A DNA stretch of 41,657 nt from a virus, in the IMG/VR virus record IMGVR_UViG_3300024520_000018. One strand, given 5' to 3'. Every line of letters starts with the position of its first letter. The first letter of the stretch is position 1. This document shows, one piece after another, positions 23,503 through 32,662 of this stretch. Made by a program: the position numbers and the translations under genes. The notes below the pieces were generated by a model. That model was not told the origin of the DNA and made no database searches. It saw nothing but the letters and a program-made list of their open reading frames with translations.

Positions 23503-26247
23503 ATGGCTAATTTAGAATCGGCTGCGATGGCTGCACTCCAAACTGGAGTAAATCCATACGAGTCGCAAGGGTATTTGGATTGGATGTCTGGCATACCCGA
23601 AGCACAGAAACAACTGCCTGGAGCCATTCGTCAACAAAGACAAAGGCAAGTAACAGAATTAGAGAAAGGCATCCCAGAGCAAATAAGAAGGGCTGCTCAA
23701 CCATTAGCAAGAAGGGGATTGAGTGGAAGTGGCCTTCAATTAGAAGATGTAGGACAGGCAGCTTTAGATAGGCAGATTGCTATTGATAGAGCAAAAACTC
23801 TTGCTGAAATTGACCCTATTAATGCTCAAATTGCTTTACAGAATTTAGCAAGAGATCGTGCTGTGCAAAGAGGTGGTGAAGAAAGAAGACGTTTTGAAAG
23901 AGAAGAAGATGTTACTGAAAAACAGAGAGCACAAGATCAGTTAATGAAAACTGCATTAGCTTCGGCTGGTGTAGGTTTATTAGGGAAAGATAATCCTCTT
24001 TCTAGGGCAATATTTGGAGGGACGGGACAAGAAGGATTACTGCAAAAAGCTATAGGTGGTATATCAGGATTGTTTGGTGGTGGTGGTGGTGATACTTCGA
24101 TGGTTACTCCAGAAATGATGCAGTATGGAAGGTATGGAGATATTGTTGATGAAGAAGCAGATGGTTTGTTAGCACCAGGTCAAACTATGACTCCATTACC
24201 TTCTTCTTTTAGTGGGTATGGTAATGACGATGAATTTTCTATGCAAGGAAACCTTGGTTATACTTCTCCATATGGAACAGGCTTTGATTCAAGTATAGTC
24301 CCTGATACAGCAACCGATCAATTTAATCAACAGTTTTTACCAACACAAGAACAAATGTTAGCAGGAGAAGGTGGTGGTATGTATGGAGGTACTTCTCCAT
24401 TTGGAACAGGTATGGATGAAGCAAGTATGCAAATGCCTCCAAGTTACGGAGGAGGTTTTTCTGGATATGATGGAGCAGATGATTTCGCTTTCGAGGGAAC
24501 ACCAGTTCTAGGAACGGAAACTATTTTAGAGCAATTACAAAGACAACAAAGAGAAGCAAGTGAAAGAAGTTTAGCAAACTTAGTATTAAATGATGCAAGT
24601 ACAAATCAAGATATAGATAATTATTTTTTAGAGGGACTTACAGCAGGAATGTTAGAAGAAGAAGGTGGAACAATGTATGGAGAAGGTCCTATGGATTATA
24701 TGATTACTCCTGAAGAATTCCCATATATGTTAGGTGCTGAAACTTTTGACACAGGAAGTTTTGATATAATAGATGATTATGATTTTGCTTTAGGTGGCGA
24801 TGATAATGTGCCTTTTGGCAAAACCTCTGGCCTTTCTAGTACAGGTATGTCAGAGGAGATGCAAAAATCGATGGATCAAGGATTTGCAAACGCTGAAATA
24901 ACAAAAAAATTGTTAGACGAAGGTAAGATAGGAACAGAATATGCTAGCTTATTGTCAGACGCTGGTAATTATCTGCCAGAGAGTGGAACTGACTTATTGA
25001 GTACCGCTGGTGATATCGCAAAATTACCATTTCAAGCGTTAGATGCTGGAATGAAAGCAGTTGGTAGTGCAAAAAGAACTGTAGGAGATTTAACTACAAA
25101 AGCGTTAGATACTGCTACAGGTGGTGCGTATAGCGGAATAAAAGGATTAGGTGGACAAGCAACAAAAGCAATAAGCGAAGCACTTGGAGGCGTTGTATCC
25201 CCCTCAACAGTCGGAAGTCTCGCATTAACTGCCCTTAGAGGAAAAGATGGATTAAAAAGTATTGCCAAAGACCCATTAGGTTTTGCCGGTAAAAAAATAT
25301 TGTCTTCTGCGTTACCTAGTTTTCAATCTACAGTAGGTGCATTAGCGAAAGGAACACTTCCTGAAATTGCTTGGACAACAGCAACACCAGCCACTATTGC
25401 AGCAGCTGGAAATACCGCATACGCTGCTGCTATTGCAAAGGGTGCATCTGTAAAAGTAGCACTAGCTGCTAAAACTAAAGCAATTACATTAGCAGCAGCA
25501 GCACCAAGCGTTCTTGGAGCTTCTATGATAGCTATTCCAATGATTCTTTCTAGTATTGGGACTATGGAAAGAAAGAAATCTAGGGCTAAAGCTGAAGTAG
25601 AAGAAAAAAGAAATTTATATGGTAGTTCTCCGTTTAACTTTGTTCCTGGCGGTTTGTGGATGGCTGGGAATAAAAGGCGTTCCCCTGCTCTTGATGAAGC
25701 TAGCGGACACTTTACATTGACAGATGAACTTACTGATTTAGGTAAAATATATACAGAAGACCCTAGAAGGTCAGTAATGGGTGGAGACTCTCTATCAAAA
25801 CGTGGACAAGACTTTGGTAGAGAAGCTGGGATTGATTACAAACATTCTGATCCTGATGTTCAAAATACAAGTCAGAAATGGTTAGGAAAACAACAATTCT
25901 ATAGCGAACTAATTCCAGATTTGAAACCAATATTTATGGCTGGTTTAAAAGGAGAGATGTCTAGGGAACAAACAGAAGATGCGGTATCTTTTTATACTAA
26001 TAAATTTTTTAAAGAAAATCCTGCCATTCGTCAAATACATACAATAAATAAGAGAATAAAAGATATAGAACATCAAGAACAAGATGATATTTGGGCTTTT
26101 CAAGATCAAATAATGGCATTGAAAGAACAGGCAAGACAATTATACCAAAAAGTACCTTTAACGTGGAGAAATGTTTCTGGATTAATACCTCAAAAGTTAA
26201 AGGTTGAATTTATTAAAGACGATCGCTATGTAGAATCGGAGGATTAA
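23503..26247 (+). CDS. large internal-virion/ejection-like protein (914 aa) with Gly/Met/Tyr-rich low complexity and an Ala-rich hydrophobic segment
   Basis: Repeated SP[YF]GTG[FM]D motifs, and a hydrophobic stretch APSVLGASMIAIPMILSSIG. Called on size and position after the tail genes. Confidence 0.4.
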   Translation: MANLESAAMAALQTGVNPYESQGYLDWMSGIPEAQKQLPGAIRQQRQRQVTELEKGIPEQIRRAAQPLARRGLSGSGLQLEDVGQAALDRQIAIDRAKTLAEIDPINAQIALQNLARDRAVQRGGEERRRFEREEDVTEKQRAQDQLMKTALASAGVGLLGKDNPLSRAIFGGTGQEGLLQKAIGGISGLFGGGGGDTSMVTPEMMQYGRYGDIVDEEADGLLAPGQTMTPLPSSFSGYGNDDEFSMQGNLGYTSPYGTGFDSSIVPDTATDQFNQQFLPTQEQMLAGEGGGMYGGTSPFGTGMDEASMQMPPSYGGGFSGYDGADDFAFEGTPVLGTETILEQLQRQQREASERSLANLVLNDASTNQDIDNYFLEGLTAGMLEEEGGTMYGEGPMDYMITPEEFPYMLGAETFDTGSFDIIDDYDFALGGDDNVPFGKTSGLSSTGMSEEMQKSMDQGFANAEITKKLLDEGKIGTEYASLLSDAGNYLPESGTDLLSTAGDIAKLPFQALDAGMKAVGSAKRTVGDLTTKALDTATGGAYSGIKGLGGQATKAISEALGGVVSPSTVGSLALTALRGKDGLKSIAKDPLGFAGKKILSSALPSFQSTVGALAKGTLPEIAWTTATPATIAAAGNTAYAAAIAKGASVKVALAAKTKAITLAAAAPSVLGASMIAIPMILSSIGTMERKKSRAKAEVEEKRNLYGSSPFNFVPGGLWMAGNKRRSPALDEASGHFTLTDELTDLGKIYTEDPRRSVMGGDSLSKRGQDFGREAGIDYKHSDPDVQNTSQKWLGKQQFYSELIPDLKPIFMAGLKGEMSREQTEDAVSFYTNKFFKENPAIRQIHTINKRIKDIEHQEQDDIWAFQDQIMALKEQARQLYQKVPLTWRNVSGLIPQKLKVEFIKDDRYVESED

Positions 26248-26249
26248 TT

Positions 26250-28058
26250 ATGGTATCTCCATATTTAGTAGGTGCTTTGCAAGGGCTTGAAAAGGCTATG
26301 GCCCAACGTGAACTCAAAAGCAGACAAGACAAGGAACAGAAAAGAAAAAACGAACTTTTGCAACTGCAAAAAGAAACTTTGGCGTTAAGTAAAAGAAAAG
26401 TAGATATTGCTGAAAAAGCTGAGAAACGTAAATTAGATGCAAAAATTAAAGACAGAAAAGACAGAATAGAAGCTGCTAGAAATTGGATTGATGCAAGAGA
26501 AAAAATACCTAAATTACAAGCAGAAACAAAAGCAAATTTAGAACAGTTTGCTCAAAAGAAAACGCAAGAAAGAAAACAACAAGAACAATATGAACAAGAT
26601 TTCATTAAGGGTGGGTTAGGTGGCGATATTCCCCTTCCTAAAGAAGCTATGGATCAATTTAAAAAAGATTCTCCTTTAAGTGAGGTAAGTGAATTAAGCC
26701 CACAAGATAAAAAAATAATGCAACTGGCTATTGAAAGAGGTGCTCTTTCTCCTAAATTTATGGAGGAGGCATTAAAAGAAAGACAAGAAACAATTTTAGG
26801 TCCATATCAGCAAAAGTTGACAGATTTGAGTCAACAAAGAAGCAAGGCTATGGGAGTATTGGCTGGTGATAAAGCGTTAGGTCCTACTTTTCTAAAGGCT
26901 ATGATGAAAGGACCTCCTAAGAAAAGTGCTTATGAACAAAAAGTAGAATATATGTCAAGAGTTACTGGCAAAAGTCCAGCAGAAGTTATCAAAATGATGC
27001 AAGAAGGTAAAAAGAAGGACCAAGGAATAGACACTAGAGAAAAACTTATGAAGCATTTTGGATTAAATGAAATAAGTCTTTCAGATGGTGCTTTGGTTAT
27101 AGATAAAGATGGTAATAATTTTTATCAAAGAAAGGCAAACGAAGTAACTAAAAATTACAAAAATTACAAATATTTGAAAGAAGCTGGTTTCCAAGATTCT
27201 CTTTCAAGAACTTTATTGAAGTCCTCCCCAGGCTTTGTGAGTGTATTTGGTCTTGGTGGTAAGACAAGAGATTTATTTAGTAGATGGGGTGGTCAAATTT
27301 CTAATAGATTATCAAACGCTAAATTAGAGAGTGTAAGGAATAAATTTAAAATAAACACTTTAACTATGTTAAAACTTTTAAAATCAGAAGCTAGAATTTC
27401 CGAAAGAGAGTGGTCATTAATAGATAATTTAAGTGGTAATTTAGATGCTGCTGGAACCAATGATGTGGCAATTTTGGGTAAATTAGTTCCTATACAAAAA
27501 ATGTTAGAAAGGGAACACAGATTAAAGTTATCTGTATGTACTGCTCCAAGTAAGTTTCAAGGAGCCAACTTAGTTACTGCTACACAACGAACAAAGGCTT
27601 GTCAAGAAGCAAAAAGAATAGAAGATGCGATTACCACAATAGGAGATGTTAGATCAAATCTCAACCAATTTGAAAAACTACAAGACGAAAGAGATGTTTT
27701 GGAACAACAAAGAGCAAATCAAGGAATTGAAGGGGTTTGTGGTTTTGAAAATGGTAAGCCACGCCAGCCTGGCACATACTACGATCAAAAAACAGAACAA
27801 CTAGCAGTATGTACTAGAATGGGATGGGAACCAATAACAAGAAATATGACTAAAAAAGAGATGGCTATTTATAGAGCAAAAGAAAAATCTGCTCACTCTA
27901 AAAAATATGGTAGGCCAGAAGGCCAAACAGTATCAGAGGCTCTTGCAAAAAAACAGTTTGATGTAGAAGCAAGAAAAAAAGTAAAGGTTGGAAAAGGTAA
28001 GCCAAAGTATGTCCCTCCTAGAGGTGGGCCAGGCGTATTGATAGGAGGAGGTAAATAA
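26250..28058 (+). CDS. large Lys-rich coiled-coil virion-internal-like protein (602 aa)
   Basis: Starts 2 nt after the previous stop. Charged heptad-like N-terminal half. No family recognised. Confidence 0.4.
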   Translation: MVSPYLVGALQGLEKAMAQRELKSRQDKEQKRKNELLQLQKETLALSKRKVDIAEKAEKRKLDAKIKDRKDRIEAARNWIDAREKIPKLQAETKANLEQFAQKKTQERKQQEQYEQDFIKGGLGGDIPLPKEAMDQFKKDSPLSEVSELSPQDKKIMQLAIERGALSPKFMEEALKERQETILGPYQQKLTDLSQQRSKAMGVLAGDKALGPTFLKAMMKGPPKKSAYEQKVEYMSRVTGKSPAEVIKMMQEGKKKDQGIDTREKLMKHFGLNEISLSDGALVIDKDGNNFYQRKANEVTKNYKNYKYLKEAGFQDSLSRTLLKSSPGFVSVFGLGGKTRDLFSRWGGQISNRLSNAKLESVRNKFKINTLTMLKLLKSEARISEREWSLIDNLSGNLDAAGTNDVAILGKLVPIQKMLEREHRLKLSVCTAPSKFQGANLVTATQRTKACQEAKRIEDAITTIGDVRSNLNQFEKLQDERDVLEQQRANQGIEGVCGFENGKPRQPGTYYDQKTEQLAVCTRMGWEPITRNMTKKEMAIYRAKEKSAHSKKYGRPEGQTVSEALAKKQFDVEARKKVKVGKGKPKYVPPRGGPGVLIGGGK

Positions 28059-31000
28059 TGGTTAGAATTAACCCAGAGTTTCTTCCAAACAACTTAAAAA
28101 AGGATATGGAACTTATTGAAGCTAGGGCCTCTGCTCCTACGTCTACTGTTGGTAGATTAATGAACATAGGTAAGGGAGATTTCAGTAAGGGATTGGCCTT
28201 TTCTCTTGGATTACCATCTCAATTAGTTTCTTTAACTTTAAATAAGTTAGGGGTAACGGAAACAAAAAACCCAGTTCTTGGCGTAAACGATTGGTTGACT
28301 ATATTTCATTCTATGGGAATGAGTGGTTCTATCCCTTCAAATGAACGAGGTTTTTACGAAAAGGTATTTGGTAGAACATTGGAAGAAGTCGGTGCTGCTG
28401 TTCCTTTTATAGGTGGATTGGCTGGATTAGGTGCAAGGGCTGCTGCTAGAGGCGGTGTTCGTGCTATGGGTCGTGAAGGACAAGGATTTTTTAAGAAAGC
28501 ATTTACTGACCCTGCTGGCTATACAAGACAAAGAGCAGTCCCAGAGTTCGGAAAAGTTTTTTCGGAAGGGAAAGGATTTTTCCCAAAAGCTACTAATTTA
28601 CAGAATTTAGGAAGGGCAAGAAAACAAATAATACCTAGATTAAGAGAAAGTGGCCAAAGTTTAATGGAACAAATTGGGGCTGATCCATTGAGGGCTACCA
28701 CAAGAGAACTTGGCTTTACTGTTGGTGCTGGTGCTGGTGCTGGGGTTATGCAACAAGTAATTCCAGATAGTATTCTCGCTGAAATGAGTGGTCAACTTCT
28801 TGGTCCACTTTCCTTTACAGCACTTAAAGGATTAGCAAAAATAATACCTACTAAAATGAGATTGGTAAATTGGAGTCAAAGCATGAAAAGTTTGGCTGAA
28901 CAAGGAGATGCCACAGTTGCAGAATGGCAAAAGAATAAGTTAAAAGAATTGTCTCCTTATTTAGCAGAGGGCGATCCTAGAGTAATTGGTAAATATGAAG
29001 ATGTTGGAGTTTCAGCCCTTAGACATACACCAGAAGGTGCTAAAGAGAGATTTGGATTAGCAGAAAAAGCTGGTTTGATAGGAGAAGGTATTGACCCTTC
29101 TGTTACAACAGCTGGTTTAAATCCAGGCTATATTAATATGAAGTCTTCATTAGATACATTGGTAGATTCTAACATATTAAATGAAGCACAAAAACAATTT
29201 TTGTTAGCACAACCAGATATAAGTCAAAAAAGAATAGCAGAATTTATTCAAAGTATTACCCCTTCCTATTCAGAAACCATGACTATTGGTGCTGCTGCTC
29301 AAAGGACATTCAAAAAAAAGATAAAAGAGTTTAAGGAAGACATAAAAAGAGTAGAAAAAGGAATGGGGTCTGAAATGGGATTCCTTCAACCCATAAAAAG
29401 CAGAAAAGCTATGGGGGCAAAAATAAGAAAGGATACCATACAGAAATTTGATAACAGTATCGATGAATGGAGAAAGATAGGTGATGAAACTGGAGTTAAT
29501 CAAGCCAAAGTCTTCCTTCCCGAAGACTCCATCATAGCTACACAATCCATAGTCAATGATTTTAATAGATTAGTTAGAAGCACTGAAGGTATAGATTTCA
29601 TTGGCAAAGATACCATAAAAGGAATTACAGAAGATTTATTGGATGGGAGAGGCTTTTTAATTTTAAAGATGTTAGGTCAAAGAGTTCAAAGAGAGATGTT
29701 GAATATAGGGGCAAAAACTTACAAAAGTGCTACTGCTGTCGAATCGTTTAGGAATTTGGCACAATTCAAAAAAAGAATAAACGATATGATAGACTCTATA
29801 TCTGATGAAGCCTTGCGTCTACCTGGCCCAGAACCAGCATTTCCTACTTCTTTTGCAAATAAAGCTATCCTACAATCAAGAGAAAATATATTAGATAGGA
29901 TTCAAAAGGGAGAAACCTATAAAGGTGTATCTGCGGAAGATTTAATCGATCCGAATCAATCCAAGACTATACTAGATGATTTGTCTAAACAAGACGCACA
30001 ACCTATGATAGACGCTGAGATAGCAAGATTGAGAGGAGATTCAGAGATCAACGTGGCTCTTGAATTAGGGTCCCTTTCCCCAGAAACTGCTGCCAAACTA
30101 AACATTCCTATAAATGCAAGTTTATCAGAAAGATTTGATGCCTACAAAAAAGCATATTTCTTAAACCACATAAACGCTTTTAAAAGAGGATATCCTCAAG
30201 AACTTATGAGAAAAGGTCCTTTTGGGTTTAGATATACCGAAGATGAAGTTGTAGCGATGTTACACATTAAACCTACTAGACAAGGTGGGGCAACTTTAAT
30301 GGAAGATTATATTCGTGTGCATGGCTTTGATACAGAAGACATAGAACGTGGACTTTTGCACGATTTATGGGAAAAAACTGTAGAGATCAAAAAAGGAAAC
30401 AAGGTATGGAACACAGATAAGGCAGAAAAATGGCTAGAAGATTATAGGGAAGTATTAGAGGTAGCCAATATAGACCCAGACAAATTTATTGCTAACAGAA
30501 TTGAATCGTATAAAATGTTAGCAGACGAAAGACTTAGAATATCTAAAAGAGAACAAGAATGGACTAAAGGGACTTTTGTAGAGCAATTAGTTAAAAAAGG
30601 AACTTATGATGAAGCCTATCAGCCAGTTGAAATAGTAAAAAAAGCATTAAATGAACCATTATACATGGATAAACTAATAAAAGATTTAAGAGGAAATAGA
30701 CCAGCTTTACAAGGTCTAAGGACTCATGTATTTAGTTTGATTGCAAATCAAGGTGAAGCAAAAGAAATGTATAAATTACTTCGTCAACACGAACCAAGTT
30801 TAGAAAAGTTGTTTGGTACAACAAAAGCTGGAAAAGAACATCTAAAAAATCTTAAAGATATTATGGTTTTAAAAGAAATGTCTGAAGTAAGACCAAGTGT
30901 AAAACCAAAGGGTGGACAACCTTTAGACATTATGGGAGAGGTATCGGGATGGATGGGAACCACACCAGCCATGTTAGGCAATATGCTTTGGGTTTTGCAT

Positions 31001-31396
31001 AGTCGCTTCCTACCAGCTCGTTTCGTATATTCAAGATTAGGACTAAATTTCTTTAAAAGAATTGGAAAAGACAAATGGAACGATACTATAAAAAATATCA
31101 TGCTTGACCCTACAATCGCAAAGGATTTGAATAGAGCCATAGGAGGAACAACAACTCCTTATCCAGAAAGACTAACTGCCCTTAGAAAAACATACATCAA
31201 TCTTTTGAATTTAGGATTAGAGAACAGAGTAGATATCCTTGAAAATTTATCTCAAGTTATCCCACACGAAGATGATAAAAGGTTTAAAAAGATGTCGGTC
31301 GATTATTTAAGACAACTTCAAAATGATGATTATAAACTTAAAAAAATAGACCCCCCCACAAATAGATTAGAATTTAATGTTGTACCCACAAAATAA
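28058..31396 (+). CDS. very large virion-internal/ejection-like protein (1112 aa)
   Basis: TAATG coupling at 28056-28060. Size and order resemble podovirus core/ejection proteins. No motif recognised. Confidence 0.4.
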   Translation: MVRINPEFLPNNLKKDMELIEARASAPTSTVGRLMNIGKGDFSKGLAFSLGLPSQLVSLTLNKLGVTETKNPVLGVNDWLTIFHSMGMSGSIPSNERGFYEKVFGRTLEEVGAAVPFIGGLAGLGARAAARGGVRAMGREGQGFFKKAFTDPAGYTRQRAVPEFGKVFSEGKGFFPKATNLQNLGRARKQIIPRLRESGQSLMEQIGADPLRATTRELGFTVGAGAGAGVMQQVIPDSILAEMSGQLLGPLSFTALKGLAKIIPTKMRLVNWSQSMKSLAEQGDATVAEWQKNKLKELSPYLAEGDPRVIGKYEDVGVSALRHTPEGAKERFGLAEKAGLIGEGIDPSVTTAGLNPGYINMKSSLDTLVDSNILNEAQKQFLLAQPDISQKRIAEFIQSITPSYSETMTIGAAAQRTFKKKIKEFKEDIKRVEKGMGSEMGFLQPIKSRKAMGAKIRKDTIQKFDNSIDEWRKIGDETGVNQAKVFLPEDSIIATQSIVNDFNRLVRSTEGIDFIGKDTIKGITEDLLDGRGFLILKMLGQRVQREMLNIGAKTYKSATAVESFRNLAQFKKRINDMIDSISDEALRLPGPEPAFPTSFANKAILQSRENILDRIQKGETYKGVSAEDLIDPNQSKTILDDLSKQDAQPMIDAEIARLRGDSEINVALELGSLSPETAAKLNIPINASLSERFDAYKKAYFLNHINAFKRGYPQELMRKGPFGFRYTEDEVVAMLHIKPTRQGGATLMEDYIRVHGFDTEDIERGLLHDLWEKTVEIKKGNKVWNTDKAEKWLEDYREVLEVANIDPDKFIANRIESYKMLADERLRISKREQEWTKGTFVEQLVKKGTYDEAYQPVEIVKKALNEPLYMDKLIKDLRGNRPALQGLRTHVFSLIANQGEAKEMYKLLRQHEPSLEKLFGTTKAGKEHLKNLKDIMVLKEMSEVRPSVKPKGGQPLDIMGEVSGWMGTTPAMLGNMLWVLHSRFLPARFVYSRLGLNFFKRIGKDKWNDTIKNIMLDPTIAKDLNRAIGGTTTPYPERLTALRKTYINLLNLGLENRVDILENLSQVIPHEDDKRFKKMSVDYLRQLQNDDYKLKKIDPPTNRLEFNVVPTK

Positions 31397-31425
31397 ACTA
31401 TTGACAAGCCTATAGAAAGGCTATT

Positions 31426-31749
31426 ATGATTTACAAGACTGCACTATTAGCACTAAGTATGTTCTTTGTACTCGGTGCTACTCCGACCCAAGAAAAAAAA
31501 GAAGTAGTTCGTTTCGTTATGCCAGCTTTTAAACAAACTTGTTTCTCGCCCATACCTTGCACAGCTTACGCCATAGGCTATGACAGTATAAAACATGGAG
31601 CCAAGTTTGCAGATTACATTGAAATCAAAATTGATTCTGAGTGCTTTAAGAAAAACATACTCCCGCTTGTTAAGAAAGATAAGGAAAAGAATGAAAGACA
31701 GATTTCTCTCGGCTTTTCAAAGATTGCAGATATCAAACCCTTCCATTAA
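31426..31749 (+). CDS. secreted small protein with signal peptide (107 aa)
   Basis: MIYKTALLALSMFFVLGATP... is a signal-peptide-like N-terminus. Confidence 0.45.
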   Translation: MIYKTALLALSMFFVLGATPTQEKKEVVRFVMPAFKQTCFSPIPCTAYAIGYDSIKHGAKFADYIEIKIDSECFKKNILPLVKKDKEKNERQISLGFSKIADIKPFH

Positions 31750-32110
31750 AAGTGATGAACCTACTAAAAACAAATATAGGGAACTATGGGATAAAAGCAA
31801 ATACGCCTCTATGGCGAATATGGTCGATGGAAATTATAGTGAAATAGCGTATAGGCTATTTGTCCTTTCTTCATTTATAGGAGTAAAAGAATCAAATCGT
31901 GTCTTGCAACGTAGTTTAATGAGTTGTGGAGAAACTCTTTTAGACGATGGTGAGATAGGCCCAAACACGAAGGCACTTCTTTTGTCGCATGGGTGGAAAT
32001 TGATTTACCCCTTGCGTTCAGAGGCTGCTGGTTATTTTCGTACTTTGGCTGAAAAAGATAGTAATGTTAAAAAACAACTAAATGATTTGCTTGAAAAAGC
32101 ATATTCATAA
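31691..32110 (+). CDS. peptidoglycan-binding protein resembling the C-terminal half of GH108/PG_binding_3 lysozymes
   Basis: NRVLQRSLMSCGETLLDDGEIGPNTKALL...RSEAAGYFRTLAEKD fits the LQxxLg...vDGxiGpxTlxal...R...y pattern. I could not find the N-terminal EGGY catalytic segment. Confidence 0.45.
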   Translation: MKDRFLSAFQRLQISNPSIKSDEPTKNKYRELWDKSKYASMANMVDGNYSEIAYRLFVLSSFIGVKESNRVLQRSLMSCGETLLDDGEIGPNTKALLLSHGWKLIYPLRSEAAGYFRTLAEKDSNVKKQLNDLLEKAYS

Positions 32111-32121
32111 GGAGAAACACA

Positions 32122-32313
32122 ATGGCAATTATGGACTGGATTTCAAAACTACCCGAACTGGTACACGCAATCACTCTCCTAATAAGTGGAGCAAGTATAA
32201 TTGCGTCTTTAACTCCTAGTAAATCTGATAACGATTTTCTGAACATGATATCAAGTATCATAAACGTACTTGGCCTAAATGTGAATAAAGCCAAGAACGC
32301 TGACGATATATAA
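32122..32313 (+). CDS. holin candidate (63 aa)
   Basis: Contains a hydrophobic helix (ITLLISGASIIASLTP) followed by SKSDNDFL, a pattern common in small phage membrane proteins. Located between the PG-binding and spanin genes. Confidence 0.4.
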   Translation: MAIMDWISKLPELVHAITLLISGASIIASLTPSKSDNDFLNMISSIINVLGLNVNKAKNADDI

Positions 32314-32316
32314 TAA

Positions 32317-32538
32317 ATGTGGCCGATTGTATCCGCCCTCCTCAAAAGTGTTGGAACTACGTTTTTACAGTGGTTTTGGAGGAAAAAGGAAAATGATAGG
32401 ATCGCTGACTCCGTTAATGCGGAGATTGAGATTGCTAACTTGGAAAAGGTGTCGAAGGGGCTTCGTGCTAGGGATGCTTTGCATAGGCTTAAGTATGAAC
32501 GGATGCTCAAGTCTGCAAGGTATAAACGCAAAGACTGA
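32317..32538 (+). CDS. i-spanin candidate (Rz-like)
   Basis: N-terminal hydrophobic segment WPIVSALLKSVGTTFLQWFW followed by a charged helical region. The lipoprotein ORF starts inside it in another frame. Confidence 0.45.
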   Translation: MWPIVSALLKSVGTTFLQWFWRKKENDRIADSVNAEIEIANLEKVSKGLRARDALHRLKYERMLKSARYKRKD

Positions 32539-32662
32539 CGTTTCCTGCGAACTTTTTAAACCGATCACTTGGAGTGATAAAGATAGTAAATCCACTCTTA
32601 AAGAGATATTCCTACACAATACTACCTTTGACGCTGTATGCGTAAAAGATGCCAACCGATAG
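32393..32662 (+). CDS. o-spanin candidate (Rz1-like outer-membrane lipoprotein), overlapped architecture
   Basis: GGAGG before the ATG at 32393. Has a signal sequence and a near-lipobox (VLGMLCIGLSMNGC|SS). The mature part CELFKPITWSDKDSKSTLKEIFLHNTTFDAVC resembles known Rz1-type sequences. Confidence 0.5.
   Translation: MIGSLTPLMRRLRLLTWKRCRRGFVLGMLCIGLSMNGCSSLQGINAKTDVSCELFKPITWSDKDSKSTLKEIFLHNTTFDAVCVKDANR

Noticed and set aside
23439-23771. Small overlapping ORFs at the start of the 914-aa gene (23439-23627 minus, 23507-23710 minus, 23580-23771 plus)
   Set aside because: All are embedded in or antisense to long, RBS-preceded genes (22547-23494 and 23503-26247). They have no start context of their own.
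32067-32531. 154-aa minus-strand ORF across the holin/spanin region
   Set aside because: It is antisense to a coherent plus-strand lysis cassette with RBSs. It sits in the middle of a 33-kb block transcribed on the plus strand only. Nothing in it is recognisable.
32660-32662. TAG stop-codon reassignment (alternative genetic code) suggested by the phosphoesterase frame continuing straight after a TAG
   Set aside because: TAG is used as an ordinary terminator by several well-supported genes here, for example at 3042-3044, 14641-14643 and 23492-23494. No conserved domain is interrupted by an in-frame TAG. Genome-wide recoding is therefore unlikely. The local anomaly is reported as a finding instead.
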